From Salpingoeca rosetta (lineage: Eukaryota; Protista; Choanoflagellata): a stretch of 64,000 nucleotides of DNA. This document shows, piece after piece, positions 24,896 to 59,817 of the stretch. Made by a program: the position numbers and the translations under genes. Position 1 is the first letter of the stretch; every line of letters begins with the position of its first letter. A model generated the notes under the pieces. It searched no databases and was not told the DNA's origin. It worked only from the letters and a program-made list of their open reading frames with translations. The stretch is from positions 481,719 through 545,718 of the forward strand of contig JAWQFM010000020.1 of assembly GCA_033442325.1 (NCBI GenBank), read 5' to 3'.

Positions 24896-25895
24896 TCAAA
24901 ACAGTGGCAACGGGTGCTGGTCGATGGTGCCGACCGGGAAGAAGACGTGGGACTCTTGTCGCACGTGGTCCAGCAGTGCTTGCCGCTCCTTCAACAGCCG
25001 CTGCCGCTTCTGCACGAGCAGGTCCTTGGTCTTGTTCAGCAGCGTCAGGCGCTGATCCACGCTGTGGCGGCTGGTGAGCTCTTGGTTGCGGCGGCGCCAG
25101 TAGCTGCGGCGTGCAATCTCTCGCGTGCGCTCAAGCTTCTCGTGATCAATCTCACCGTTCTCAAGCACACACCGCTTGTTGATGGCACTGCGCCCGCGCA
25201 TCGTCGTGCTTGCTGTGCCCTTGGCGCGCACGCTGCTGTTGGTGCTGCTGTTGGTGCTGCTGCTGGTGCTGCTGTTGGTGCTGCTGTTGGTGCTGCTGTT
25301 GGTGCTGCTGTTGGTGCTGCTGTTGGTGCTGCTGTTGGTGCTGCTGTTGCGTTGTGCCTGCATGAACGTGCGATGTTGCGCTTGTGATGACGGCAAGGAT
25401 AAGGGGCAGGAGGAGAAGGAAGAGGTTGTGGCTGTGTGCGATGTGGGCTGCAGAGGGATGGGATCTTCAGCGTCGCTGCTGTTGGATGAGAACGACGCAG
25501 CGGACAGTGCTGATGCCGACGATGCCACAGACGCCTGTCGCTCTTCCATAGACGACAAGGAGGTGGTGGAGGAGGAGGAGGAGGAGGAGAGGAAGGACTC
25601 CAGGGCTGCGTCAAGCATGTTCATGTCTGCATGGCTCAGCAGCTGCTCGACCGGGACGTCGCTATTCAATGTGAACGCAGGCAGGAAGGCACCGTCATTG
25701 CCCTGGCTCTGCGAGGCGTTGGCGCCGCCGACGTTGATGGCACCGCCATCTGTCGTCGCTGTTGTCGCTGTTGTTGTGGGGAAGACATCATCATCATCAA
25801 AGTGGAAGATGTTGTCGCTTGTGCTTTCGAAGCAAAGGCGGGGCTTTGCCAGCGCAGTGTCAAAGTCGAAGAATGGTGCTGCCTGCTGGTGGACT

Positions 25896-25930
<35 letters not shown>

Positions 25931-26020
25931 GTGGGAAGCAGCAATGCCGTTGGAGGACTTGGATGCGTGGGATGATGCCGACCATGATGATGAGGATGAT
26001 GGCGGGGACAAGGGAGTCAT
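24896..26020 (-). CDS. Non-canonical bZIP-like factor, copy 2 (5'-truncated; 374 aa from the first in-frame ATG)
   Basis: Close to copy 1 from TSAFSTLNT (about 26120) to the stop. Lacks the MDTPTP N-terminus; first in-frame ATG at 26020. Frame and bZIP-like region intact. Confidence 0.6.
25232..25348 (-). repeat. 12-bp coding tandem repeat, about 10 units, encoding (NSST)n in copy 2
   Basis: (ggtgctgctgtt)n on the + strand; not expanded in copies 1 and 3. Confidence 0.9.
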
Positions 26021-26748
26021 CGACGTGTCCTTCTTGGTGCCATTGCTGCTGTTGTCGATGATGCCAAAGCCGCTGTCCAGGGCTGCCGCGGCGGTGTTGA
26101 GCGTGGAGAAGGCGGATGTTCTGGTGTTGTTGGTGTGCAGTGCTTGTCGTCGTTGTGCATTTGAAGGTTTTGGCGGCGGATTGGGCGATCTGTGTGTGAC
26201 GCCATCAAGGACAATTTGCCATATTTTCACCGGATATTGCGGCGTGCAACGGAAACTTTGGACGTTGGTTGGTTTTGTGGTTGGTGTGCTGGTTGGTTTT
26301 GTGGTTGGTGTGGTTGGTTGGTGACCATCGCCAACCAGCGACTGTGCCACATGCGAAGATGCACACACACACACACACACACACAATCGAGCTTGCTTGC
26401 GCTTAACACCTTTTCCCGTCCCCTCGTTGTGACGTTGTTCTCACTCTCACTCTCACGCACACGCTTTCCTGACACACACGCACACGCACGCACACGCACG
26501 CGCACCCATCCAGTTCACGCTCACGTTGACAAACCATTCACCGTTGTGCAGTGCAGTGCAACAGTTTTCTCTGTGGCTTGATCACGGGCCTGCTCGCCCA
26601 CCATCCAACCACCAAGCTACCGTCAATCCGCGGAATCGGTTGGGAGTCAACGATTTGCTTCTTTGCCGGCTTCTTTGTCTGAGCTGTTGTCTCTCTTTGT
26701 TGTGGCGAGTGTCTGCAACGCAAGACCGCAGCAAAGCGTCCAGCGAGC

Positions 26749-43150
<16,402 letters not shown>

Positions 43151-43327
43151 TCGCTGCAACCAGAGTCATCGTGTGCTTGTGGTGTGTGGCGTGCGTGTGC
43201 GCGTGTGTGCGTGTGCGCGTGTGTGCGTGTGGTTTGTTTGTATTTGACGTGGCGAGCCTGTTGCCATAGTTGTGTTGAAGTGCTGTGCAGGTTTCACGTG
43301 TCGCGCTGTTGTGCGCGTCGCGTGCGG

Positions 43328-43371
<44 letters not shown>

Positions 43372-43889
43372 CATTAGCGTTGTCTACGTCAGTTGTGTTT
43401 GAATGAGGGCGACTAGATGAATAACGACGACACCCGAATGCAACCTGTCCTTTGTCTCCACAGACATACCATGTGTCTGCGTGTGTGTGTGTTTTTTTTT
43501 TTTTGGCTTGTGTTGTTTAGATGTTGCTTTCTGCTCTCTTGTTCATTCTTGCGTTTGCTACGGTCTACCACTGCGGCAGTGCGTAGCTGTGACTGGGGCC
43601 TGTGGTTCATGATGACCAGGGCGAGCTTCCACTGCTTCCTCTCTTCTTTTGCTTTTGCTTTTTCTTTGACTTCAGCACTGTTTAGTACACTGCCTAACTA
43701 TGTCTGCGAGGCGCACTGGTCTCTTCTGCGACGGTTGGGAGGGAGAAAGCACACACGCAAAGTGTTGAACAAACCACACAAGTCGGACAAAGCATACAAA
43801 GATGTAGACACACACACAAGTCGGACAAAGCACACAAAGATGTAGACACACACACACACACACACACACACATGCACACACACACACAC

Positions 43890-43987
<98 letters not shown>

Positions 43988-44300
43988 CTCATGCTACATA
44001 TAGCACAAATGATCTCCTGGCATTTAAGTAAGCTAATTAATTTGCCTGCAAGCAACCCCAACCAACAAACAACACAAACCCCAACCAACCAGCCGCCAAA
44101 CCCTGTGGTTGGCGTTGTTGATGGGCGTTGGAGCGCTGCTGCATCCTTCCATCCCTCTATCCTTCCACCACCAGTTACTCCTGAACAGGACCAGCACCGT
44201 GTTTGGCATTCAGAACTTGATTCTTCCCCCACCCCCCACCTATCCTCTTTCTCTCTTCCCACGACTGCTGCAGTCGCAACACGCAAGCGTACCTGCCGGG

Positions 44301-50067
<5,767 letters not shown>

Positions 50068-50328
50068 CAACTGCACGTGTGGCGTGTGTGTGTGTGTGTG
50101 TGTGTTGCACGATTGAGACACACAGGCGCACTGCACAAGCATGCACACATGAGCGACCAACGAACACTTTGTCTTGCCTGAATGCTGCTTTGACATCACA
50201 CGTACAAGATGTAGTAAAGGTTCTGTCATTTGTGCATCAAGGTCTTGTGTACAACCGAAGGTAACACGATGGGCGTGATGAAGAAGAAGGGAAGACTGAG
50301 GCGATGGGCCACAGCGTAACAACACGCG

Positions 50329-50426
<98 letters not shown>

Positions 50427-51212
50427 CTCTGTCTCTCAAACTCGATGACGGACCCGCCACACCACGCACCCACTCAAGCACTCATAAAGATACTCATTTA
50501 CAAATGGTGCCTTACAAGAGCGCAATTTGACATGCTCTGCAGGGATGGATAGCGCCATTGCAGACGCTTTGGCTCTTGGAATGACCAACCAAACAACATA
50601 GATTGGCACCTGGTCACACTGAGCGTGTCGATGCTTGCGCGCAAGACCTCACAAAATCACACATCGGCACCTTCATGCACACACACTGTAAGTGTCTTCT
50701 GTCCAAACCTTCGTCATCTTGAACTCTTGACTCGCTTCGTTCCCACGCATGCTTGTCACCATTGTGAACTTCCGTGATGATGGTGATGTATTTTTTCCCC
50801 TTTTCTTGTCGAGGAAAGAACGCGTTGAACATCTAAACTTTGTTCGTGAATCGCCACATCGAGCGGCCAACAGAATGGACAAAACAGTCAACGACAGCAG
50901 GTGTACCACATGACGATGACACGTGAAGGGAGTTGAATGGTAGAACAGATACAGGCACAAGCAGTGTCCTGAGGGGTGGGCGTATACAAAACATAAACAT
51001 GCCAACGTTCATCCAAGACACACAAGTACAGAAAGCAGAAGAAAACAGAAGATCAAGAAGAAGTTGATGACATGACAATCATGACGATAGGGGTTAATCA
51101 TTACAGCACCCAAGCGCAGGCTTCATCAGCACAAGAATAACAGCAGCCATTCGTGTCATTCATTCAGCAACAAGTGTCTTAGGTGAGGGAACAGCTCCAC
51201 AGCACAGGCAAT

Positions 51213-52520
51213 TCAGAACGGGGACAGCGAATATTCGCCGTTGGGATCCATGGGGAGGACGGTGGGGAGGTTCTGTCGCACGTGGTCCAGCAGTGCCTGC
51301 CGTTCGTTCAACAGCTGCTGTCGCTTTTGCACAAGCACCTCCTTGGACTTGTTCAGCAGCGTCAGGCGCTGGCGCACGCCTTGCCGGCTCTTCAATTCGC
51401 GCTTGCGACGGCGCCAGTAGCTGCGGCGCGCAATCTCTCGCGTGCGCCCCAGCTTCTCATGGTCGATCTCGCCGTTCTCAAGCACACACCGCTTGTTGAT
51501 GGCACTGCGCCCGCGCATCATCGTGCTTGCTGTGCCCTTGGCACGCACGCTGCTGCTGCTGTTGATATTGCCCTTGTTGCTGCGATTGTACTGTGCCCGC
51601 TTGCTCTTGCGACGATGCGCTGGTGATGAGGACGATAAGGAGGTGGAGGAGGTGGAGGAAGAGCTTGCATGCGGCATGAGCTGCCGAGTGATGGGCTCCT
51701 CACAGTCGCTGTCGTCGGACGACAAGGACATAGCAGACAATGTTGATGCCGATGACGCCACAGACGGCTGCCGCTGTGGTTGTGGCAATGAGGAGGAGGA
51801 AAAGGAGGAGAGGAAGGATTCCACGGCTGCGTCAAGCACCTGGTCTGCATCTGCATGTGTATGGCTCAGCAGCTCCGCAACGCTGGCGCTGACACCTGCT
51901 TCAAACCCGGGCAGGAAGTCTGCATCAACACCGCGGACATGGTTGCCCTGGTTCTGCGAGGGGTTGGCGGCGCTGACACTGATGGCATCGTTGTGTGCCG
52001 CCGTTGTGGGGAAGGCATCGTCAAAGTGGAAAATGCTGTCGGTTGTGCTTTTAAGGCGGAGGTGGGGTGCAGCCGGTGCGCTATCGGTGTTGATGCCAAA
52101 GGCGCTGTTCAGGGCTGCCGTGTTCTTGAGTGTGGAAAAGGCGGGTGCTGTTGGCAGCAATGGCGAGGCTGGCTCGGTTGCATGCAGGCAAAGGGACGGG
52201 GAATGCTCTGCGTACAGCTGCGAGTAGTCGCTGCTGCTGCTGCTTTGCTTCTGTTGGTTGCCCATGTTTGGCGGGGAGGCTGCAAAGCGCGGTGAGAATA
52301 CATGGTCGCTGCTGCCGCTGCACATGTTGTTACCGCTGCACATGCTTGGCATGAAGGGGATAGTGCTGAGGTCGAGGTCTGCGGGGCGGCTTGTGCGGCT
52401 CGCACGGTGGACGGTGTGGTGGACGGTGGGCTTGGTGAGGGTGCGGGTTTGGTGGACAAGGCCATCTAGGTATGCGTGGTAGGTCGGGATGCCCCCCGAT
52501 GCTGGTGTTGGAATGTCCAT
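51213..52520 (-). CDS. Non-canonical bZIP-like factor, copy 3 (435 aa, intronless)
   Basis: ATG at 52520 (gcaccATGg, MDIPTP) is homologous to the copy 1 start. Shares SDYSQLYAxHSPSLCLHAT, IFHFDD and KRCVLENGEIDHEKLxRTREIARRSYWRRR plus the zipper. Confidence 0.75.
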   Translation of the reverse strand: MDIPTPASGGIPTYHAYLDGLVHQTRTLTKPTVHHTVHRASRTSRPADLDLSTIPFMPSMCSGNNMCSGSSDHVFSPRFAASPPNMGNQQKQSSSSSDYSQLYAEHSPSLCLHATEPASPLLPTAPAFSTLKNTAALNSAFGINTDSAPAAPHLRLKSTTDSIFHFDDAFPTTAAHNDAISVSAANPSQNQGNHVRGVDADFLPGFEAGVSASVAELLSHTHADADQVLDAAVESFLSSFSSSSLPQPQRQPSVASSASTLSAMSLSSDDSDCEEPITRQLMPHASSSSTSSTSLSSSSPAHRRKSKRAQYNRSNKGNINSSSSVRAKGTASTMMRGRSAINKRCVLENGEIDHEKLGRTREIARRSYWRRRKRELKSRQGVRQRLTLLNKSKEVLVQKRQQLLNERQALLDHVRQNLPTVLPMDPNGEYSLSPF

Positions 52521-52668
52521 GGTGCTGGTACAGTTGTTGTTGTCTGTCCGTTTGTCTGTTTGTGGAATGCGCGAGACACGTTCCTCCGTGTTATCTGCCT
52601 TCCTGTTCCGCTCTAGCGCTCTTGAGCTTGGTCTCTTGATGTGCTCGACGGCTTGGCTTCTCTGGACG

Positions 52669-52806
52669 TTAGGACGTTTGCTTTGTTGAGAATGCGATGA
52701 GGACGGGTAGTGCGCGGCGGAGCAGCAGGTAAGCACTTGAGCACTTGAGCACTTGAGTACTTGAGTACTTGAGGTCGGGAAAGAAATGGCTTGGGTCAAA
52801 CACCAT
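52669..52806 (-). CDS. Upstream ORF (45 aa) in the leader of bZIP-like copy 3
   Basis: ATG 52806 to TAA 52669: MVFDPSHFFPDLKYSSTQVLKCSSAYLLLRRALPVLIAFSTKQTS; contains an 8-bp tandem repeat (CTCAAGTR)x5. Confidence 0.55.
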   Translation of the reverse strand: MVFDPSHFFPDLKYSSTQVLKCSSAYLLLRRALPVLIAFSTKQTS

Positions 52807-55671
52807 CTCCGCCACGATGCAGTGCGCGCTCTCCTGCCGTTGCTGCCGTGTTTGTTGTGCGTTGCGGTGTTGTGTTTGATCAGCAGTGCAAGAAAGGAAA
52901 GTTTGTGGGATCGCTTGCTGTGCTGTGCGTGCGTGCGGTTGGTAGGAAAGAGGGGCGCAGCAACTGGTCAGGTTGCGCGACGCAACGTTGATGCAGACGA
53001 ACGGGACAGCAGCAAGCAAGGAAGTGGTGTCAAGGATGTCAGGACGAAAGCCAGCATGCGGAGGCGGGTGGTGCAGCCGAACGGCGGGGTTTGATGGTCT
53101 GCTTCTGTGTGCTTGTGTGGCTGTGGAAATAGAACAGCAGAAAGACGAGCTTGGCAATGTGTGCGTCCAATATGCCCCGCATTTAATAATTTAGCCTCTG
53201 TTGCCTTCTTTGGTCATGAAGCATTGGCTGGTGAATACTGCGCGGGTGCAAACGAATATTGGTGAAAGCATCAACAACGAGAAGACGAGACATCGCCACC
53301 CGCGTCACCCAATGCCGTGTGGTTGTTGTGGCTTGGTTGCTGTCGTTGTTGTTTTGAGGCAAGAAACTTTGGGTTGTGCTCGAGCATGACCATGACGCAA
53401 ATTATTATGTAAACATCCACAACCCACCGACCCGCCATACAAGAAGAGCACCCCTGCACCCGAGAGCACCAACAACCTAACAACATCCTGCTGCCTTGCT
53501 GCTGCTCTGCTCGCATCACACCAGAGCCAGGACAATATTCTTTGCCCTCTCTGTCCTTCCCTACTCTTCTAATCTTGTGTTTGCCCTGTAATTCTTTGAG
53601 ACCAGCGGATGATGGGTGCAACGAAAGAGCAACCGCCGGCAGGCCGGCGTTTCCCTAAATTTCCTGCCATACGCCCCACCACAACCCCTGCCTACAGCAA
53701 TGCCACAGTAACACAACAAGTGGCCAGCCAAGCGGTGCCGTTGCTGCAGCGACACAGAGATGACACACCAGCACACCAGCCAGAGCCGAAAGGAACAGAA
53801 CGGATCACAGCATTGCTGCAGCACACACTATCCAAAGGTCTTTGCATCGTGTGGTGATGGGGACCGCACCACAGCCAGGCATCCAGGCAGCACATGAACC
53901 TGGTTGCCAGCGTGCCAAAGCTCCACCCTCTTGAGTCCAAAGCTGACACAGCAACAACCCACCAAAACGACAACATCAAGGGCGGCAGCATCAACCAGTC
54001 AGCGAAACCCCTGCAGCACCCAATATGATGAACAAGGGTGGATATACTATGGCAGACTGCCGTGCTGTGCTGAAACCCACGTATTGTCTTGTGTGGCGTG
54101 ACGGAGGCAAGCATGAGCAGCAGCAGGCTACTCGGCTAGATTGCAGGAGTGCCATGATTATCTTTTCCTCTCGTCCTGTCTCATGGCACAACGATGCTTC
54201 TTTGCGGCCGCAGAAGAGAGAGCTCTTGTTTGGTCGCGCTGGTTGTCTCGTTGTCTGTCTTTGAGCTGCTGTCTTCGCCTCCTGCCGTGTGCAGGTGAAT
54301 TGGCGAAGGTGAGATAGGTTGTTTTGCCTCCGTTTTGTTTTTGTCTCCTCTAGTGGTAGAGTGGTGAACTGGTGAAGGAAGCAGGGTGCTATGGCGGTTG
54401 CTCTTGTCTCCTCCCTTTCTCCCTCTTTTTCTTCCTTTATTGCCATCGTTCCTTAGTTCCTTGTTCCTTTCTTCATGCAGATGTCTAGATGTTGCTCGTG
54501 TGTTTATTTATTCCATGCTGTCCATGGGATCTCAGGACCTCCTCTTTGTGCCCTTCCTGCCTTGTCGGCCGCACCCCTGCACCCTCCTAGCCTCCTTGTT
54601 CTTCTTTATTTTTTTTATTTTTTTGTATTTTGAGCTGCTGGCCGCCACCCGCAGCTTCCCACTGCCTGCTTGCGGCTGGCAAAGGGACAAGGCTACCTAC
54701 TACAGCGAGCGATGCATGCAGTGCCTCGTCGTTGTGTCTTGCCGCTTGCTTGCTTTGCTTCTTTGCTTGGCAACACCAGACACACGCACGCGCAACAATT
54801 TTTTTGGTTTCGTGTTTTGTTCCACACGACGGCGTGATGGCATGCAATGACACGGTGTGACATGTGTTTATCCTGTCTCATCCTCTCTGAGAAGCAAACA
54901 AGAAGCGAAGCAAGGTGTTGCAGAAGCACAAGAAGGCTCGGAGGAAGATGCTCAGACGTGCTTGCAGAAGAGAGGGCGTGGCGGTTCTACTTACTTTCGC
55001 TTTGCGCCGATGAGGACACTCCACGATATGATGTGGGTGTGCTGCTGCTGCTGCGTGCTGTGACCGTGTGCTGTTTGTTGGTGTGTTTTGAAGGAAGCTG
55101 TGTTTCTGTGTGTGCCCTGCTGCTTGGCTGCTGCACACGGTGTTGCAGCTTGTTGCCACTTGTTGCCGTTGCTATGTTTGATCCCTTATTTGATCTCTTG
55201 ACGCAAGGCAGGCAAGGACGCACAACATCTGTGTGTCCGCCTGTCTGTCTGTGTTTCCGTCTTCTTTTTCTCCGTGTATTGTTGTTATTTCTGTGGATCG
55301 TGCCATCGTCGTTCTGTCGTGTGCATGTGCATGTGTGTGTGTTTGTGCGTGCGTGCGTGCGTGTGTGTGTGTGTGTGTGTGTAAGAGTGATGGTAGTGAT
55401 GGCGTTGCGCCGTGGGGATTGCGCACGTTGGTCTGTTGGTAAGACGACATTGGCATTGACATTTTGCGTTTCTCTGCTTGTGCTGGGTTTTGTTTTGCTT
55501 GGTGTGATTCAGGTGGTTGATCGTGCTGCCCGTTGCTTGATCTCTCTCGACTTGCTCCGGCGTGTGGGGAGCATGGCACAACTAGCGTACAAGCTGCAGT
55601 GAAAGGCGAGCGACACCAGGCAAAGGGGATCACGACAGCAGGTCCCCTTGCTCCATGAGCGCACTACATAA

Positions 55672-55715
<44 letters not shown>

Positions 55716-57438
55716 GTGCATGTGTGCGCGCGTGTGTGTTGGAGACCTTATGCTCTTCGTTTCTTCATTTGTGGCTTGTCGGGTGTGCTGGCGACCTGCC
55801 CCTACTGCTCCTGGTTTGCTCACATGGGACGTGTATTGTGCATGTTGTTGTGACGCTGCCATGAAGTGCAGGTGGCTCAGTGCAGGTGGCTCAGTGCAGG
55901 TGACACAGTGCAGGTGACACAGGCATCGCAGAACCAAGCATTGCCTGTAGTTGTGCTCAAGCGCAGTATGGTGGTATTTCATCACGCGCCTTCCGTGGAC
56001 ATGTGTACATGCATGTCTGTTCACATCTCGTAGGTGGAGTTGCGTGTTTGCTTGGCACTTGCTTCTTGCTTGCATGCCCATCCTGCATATGCATGTGTGT
56101 GTGTGTGTGTTGCTGGCTGCTTTGCTGATGGCGTGCACGTGTTTGATTGGGCTCGTGTGGTTTGGATTTGTCCTCTTCCACAGACGGTGGCACGGGGCCC
56201 CATCCTTTTTTTTCTTCCGTTTTGCCCTCGCTGAACACTTCCTTCTTGTCTCTGTGTCTATGCTGGGTTCTCTGTGCTGGGTTCTCCGTGCTGCCGCTTG
56301 TCCTTGCTGTTGTGCACATCTGCTAACGCGTTGTTGATGGCGTGGGTTGGCATGCAACAACGCAAACGCCGCAGGTGGAGGAGCATGCATGGGCTACTTG
56401 TAGACGGAGCACACCATCTCGGACCAGATACACAGGCAGCGTTGCTGGCGGTTCAATTGTGCGTTGGGCGCGGGGCGGGGCGGGACTGTGTGTCCTTGCC
56501 GCCTCCGCCTGCTGCTGCTTGGCCGGAGTCAGGCAGTGCGACTGTCTTTGCCGCTGTGTGAACGCTCCACTGCAACCAGCCGGGCGGGTTGATTGACGGT
56601 CAGGAAGCGAGCCAGCTACAGCTTGCTTGAGCGCGCGCGCACGCACAGAGGGCCCGAGCTTCGGTTGAGACGCAAATCCTCGGAGTTGATGAGCCACGAG
56701 GTGAGTGTTTGTCTTGGCCTCTTGCCCTGGTCTTGTGTTTGTAGTCGCTGTTCGCAATGCGCAACAACACCCACCAACAAAAACACACGGCACACCTACC
56801 AGCACACAGCACCGAACGACACTGAGCAACAAATACCAAGAGAACACCAAAACACCCTCCTACACATGCGCGTGTCGGTGTCAATGTGTGTGTGTGTGTG
56901 TTTGTGGAGGGAAGGGCAATTGCGTGGCGGGAAAGTGTAGATCAGATGTTGAACTGTGGGAACACCGATTGTAGTTGTATGTGTTTATGCGCGCGTCTCG
57001 CGTGCAGTGCTTTCTTTTCTGCGGTGCATCTCACGTGCGCTCAATGTTACGCATGCATTTACGCGCGCGCACAGTTTGGTGAAGAGAATCACGGGCGCGG
57101 GTAAAGGCTTAATTGTTTGGGCACGGCGGCGGCGTGGACCTGCACCGTCGAATTGACGTTGCCATACCGGTGAGCGGGGACAGACGTTGTGCGTTTTGGA
57201 GAGAGGCAGTGGTGTTGGCTAGCGCTGCTGCAAGGCCTGTGCTTCAGCACGATGGCGGTGTGCAAGCGATGTGTGCCTATGTGTGATTGTACGCATGTAT
57301 GTAATTGTGTGTATCTGTGTGTGATTGTTGGGGGGTCGAGGGAACGGCTGGAACAGGGCTTCCATCTCCATGGCATTGTTGTAACGGTGTGGTGCATTGT
57401 CGCTCTCTTGCTCTTTCGCGATAATCTTTCGTCCATCT

Positions 57439-57550
<112 letters not shown>

Positions 57551-58516
57551 GCACGCACACACACGTGTACAGTGGGTTTTGGATGCGTGGCGCTTCTTGG
57601 CCGACACGTCGTGTTGCACCTACCTTTCCAGGCTCACGCTCAACAGCAGCATCAGAAGCACATGCCATCAGCAACAAGGCGGAGACCATGATACGATGTT
57701 CTGATGTTGGTGCTGGCTGGCCACATGCTCACATCGTCACATGGTGGTGCGAGGGTGCTTGTGCCGGGGTGCCTTTGTTTGTGGCACGTCGCGTTTCCGG
57801 TGCGCGCTTGCGCGCAGACGACTAGACGAGCTTTTGGCTTCCTTGTTTTGTCATGTGATACATACTTCCACTCGAGTCTTCCTTCCTCCCTCCCTTGCCA
57901 CTATCATCGAGAGTTGCGTTTACTGCAGTGGTCCGTTCGTTGCCCTTCTCTTCCATGAACTGGTATGTTATGTGCGTGTGTGTGTGAATGTGTGTGTATG
58001 TGTGCGTGTGTGTGTGGGGGGGTGTGTGTGCATATGATGTCTTGTGACAACTTGTCGCATCAAGTGGCCATCAGAACGAGAATGAGTGAAGAAGCACCCA
58101 GTGAGGACAAGGCGTGCCGTTACGTCATGGTACGAAGGAATGAAAGGAGTTTACCGAGGGGGTAAGCAGTGTAGAGCCAGGGGGTGCAAACACAAACGCA
58201 TGCCTTCAGACAAGGTCAGGGTGTCATCTGTGTGAAACACAAGAGTATACGAAGTGACACCCTGTGCGAACGCAGATGAACAGGGAGGGTCATGGGAAGC
58301 GATCGAAAGGCGTAGCGCTACTGCGTAGGTTTGAAACAGCTCAGGTGCGTGGCGTCGATGAAATGTAGCGGGCGAGCACGATTGCGAAGTAACCGGTGGT
58401 GCAAATGGTTGTAACGAATAGATGCCCGAAGAAAGGAGGGGGGGGGCAACAGTAGGCCTCCAAGCTTTGAGGATAACAAACTAGCAGCGACGAGGAGGAA
58501 GAGGGAATCGACGTTG

Positions 58517-58647
58517 CACACAGACAGATAGACAGTCAGACAGTCAGGCAGTCAGATGTACACGCCACACAGACAGATAGACAGTCAGACAGTCAGGCAG
58601 TCAGATGTACACGCCACACAGACAGATAGACAGTCAGACAGTCAGAC
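58517..58647. repeat. 49-bp minisatellite, about 2.7 copies
   Basis: Unit cacacagacagatagacagtcagacagtcaggcagtcagatgtacacgc repeats with period 49. Confidence 0.9.
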
Positions 58648-58674
58648 GCAGGCGTACAAACACAGCGCTGCCTG

Positions 58675-59817
58675 TCAAGAGTCTGTGGTGCACTTTAGAC
58701 TGTTGCGAGGTATCAAGGCGCGAAAGTGCTTGTCTGCGCGGGAGGCATGCATGCCTGCGTGATGTGCGCGTTCACTCACGCAATGCAAGTGGTAGGTGTG
58801 CACTTGGTGGCACGGGTTTTCGATGGCATAGCCAGCCTTCATGATGTGGTAGATGAACCTGTTCTCAGCACCACGGATATTCTGCACGAAGCCCAGCTGC
58901 GCTGTGTCGACGTTGAGCGGCGACACAAATACAAACGTGTCTGCAGAGTTGACCGTGTGCCCATTTGGCATGGTTCCCTTGCACAGGTTCTGTGGGAGGC
59001 GGGGGTTGCTGCCGCCGCCACTCTCCTCGGGGCACTCGGGCCACGGGTGTCGCGTGAGGGCAAATATGCGGGTTGTGCCCAGGTGCGCACGGAGATCGTC
59101 TGCCGTCATGCAGGTGAGCAGCGTGTCATTGAAGCCGAGCACAATGTCCGCGTTTGCAAGCACCACCAGCTGCTCTCGTTGAGAGTGCGGCGAGAAGAAG
59201 GAGGACGTGGACACGTTGTTGTTGGCGTAGTTGACGAGGGTGGCAAATGTTGGCTGGCGCGACCGCTCGACGATGCTCAGGCCGCGCACGCCCCGGAATC
59301 GTTGCCTCAATACACTGGACATGGGCCCGTCCACAAGCACGTGCATGCAGTGGAATCCGATTTGATCGGCGTTCTTCTCCAATGCGGTCATGAGCTCCTC
59401 CTCCCGTGCGGCGCTGTAGGTGCCACCCAAGGATACGATCATGACAAAGTCGCAGGGTGGCAGCGGTCCACTCTTTTGTCTCGGTCGCTTCTTGTTCTTG
59501 CTGTCCCCATTTCTGTGTTGTTGTCGTTGTTGCTGTTGCTGTTGTTGATGTTGCTGGCGTTGTTGTTGTTGTTGCTGCTGCTCGTGGTGGTGGTGTTGGT
59601 TGTTGTCATTTTGCTCCACTTCAAAGACATCGGCTGGGCGAACGGTGGCGTGTCCGGCTGCAGCAGCGGCTTGGCCACCGTGGCTGTTTTCTCTGCTCAC
59701 GACGTACTCCATGCCGAGCTCCCTTGTTGGATGCTTGCATGTCCAGGACATGTAGGCCACGACAACGGCGGCTGCGAGCAGTGCCACATATGGCAGCGCA
59801 CCTTCCAACTTGACCAT
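58675..59817 (-). CDS. Intronless type II membrane protein with a putative glycosyltransferase-like domain (about 380 aa; frame is open further upstream)
   Basis: Signal anchor ALPYVALLAAAVVVAYMSW, Q/H-rich stem, then REEELMTALEKN, HVLVD, RQPTFATLVNYAN, VVLANADIV, FALTRH, SADTFVF, GAENR and GYAIENPCHQVHTYHLH. Confidence 0.65.
   Translation of the reverse strand: MVKLEGALPYVALLAAAVVVAYMSWTCKHPTRELGMEYVVSRENSHGGQAAAAAGHATVRPADVFEVEQNDNNQHHHHEQQQQQQQRQQHQQQQQQQRQQHRNGDSKNKKRPRQKSGPLPPCDFVMIVSLGGTYSAAREEELMTALEKNADQIGFHCMHVLVDGPMSSVLRQRFRGVRGLSIVERSRQPTFATLVNYANNNVSTSSFFSPHSQREQLVVLANADIVLGFNDTLLTCMTADDLRAHLGTTRIFALTRHPWPECPEESGGGSNPRLPQNLCKGTMPNGHTVNSADTFVFVSPLNVDTAQLGFVQNIRGAENRFIYHIMKAGYAIENPCHQVHTYHLHCVSERAHHAGMHASRADKHFRALIPRNSLKCTTDS

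Larger units (their letters stand above)
50850..57400 (-). repeat. Segmental duplication unit B (bZIP-like copy 3 plus flanks)
   Basis: Collinear with about 14820-21450 (see unit A). Confidence 0.88.

Noticed and set aside
44040-44060. X-box-like TTGCCTGCAAGCAAC upstream of the FBXW10-like gene
   Set aside because: Spacing and half-sites deviate from the RFX consensus; not distinguishable from chance.
52521-52799. N-terminal extension of copy 3 in the ORF track (528 aa)
   Set aside because: Starts at a non-ATG codon and is not open in copy 1; the homologous ATG is at 52520.
58517-58647. Repeat array as possible CRISPR
   Set aside because: Head-to-tail units without unique spacers, eukaryotic context and no cas genes.
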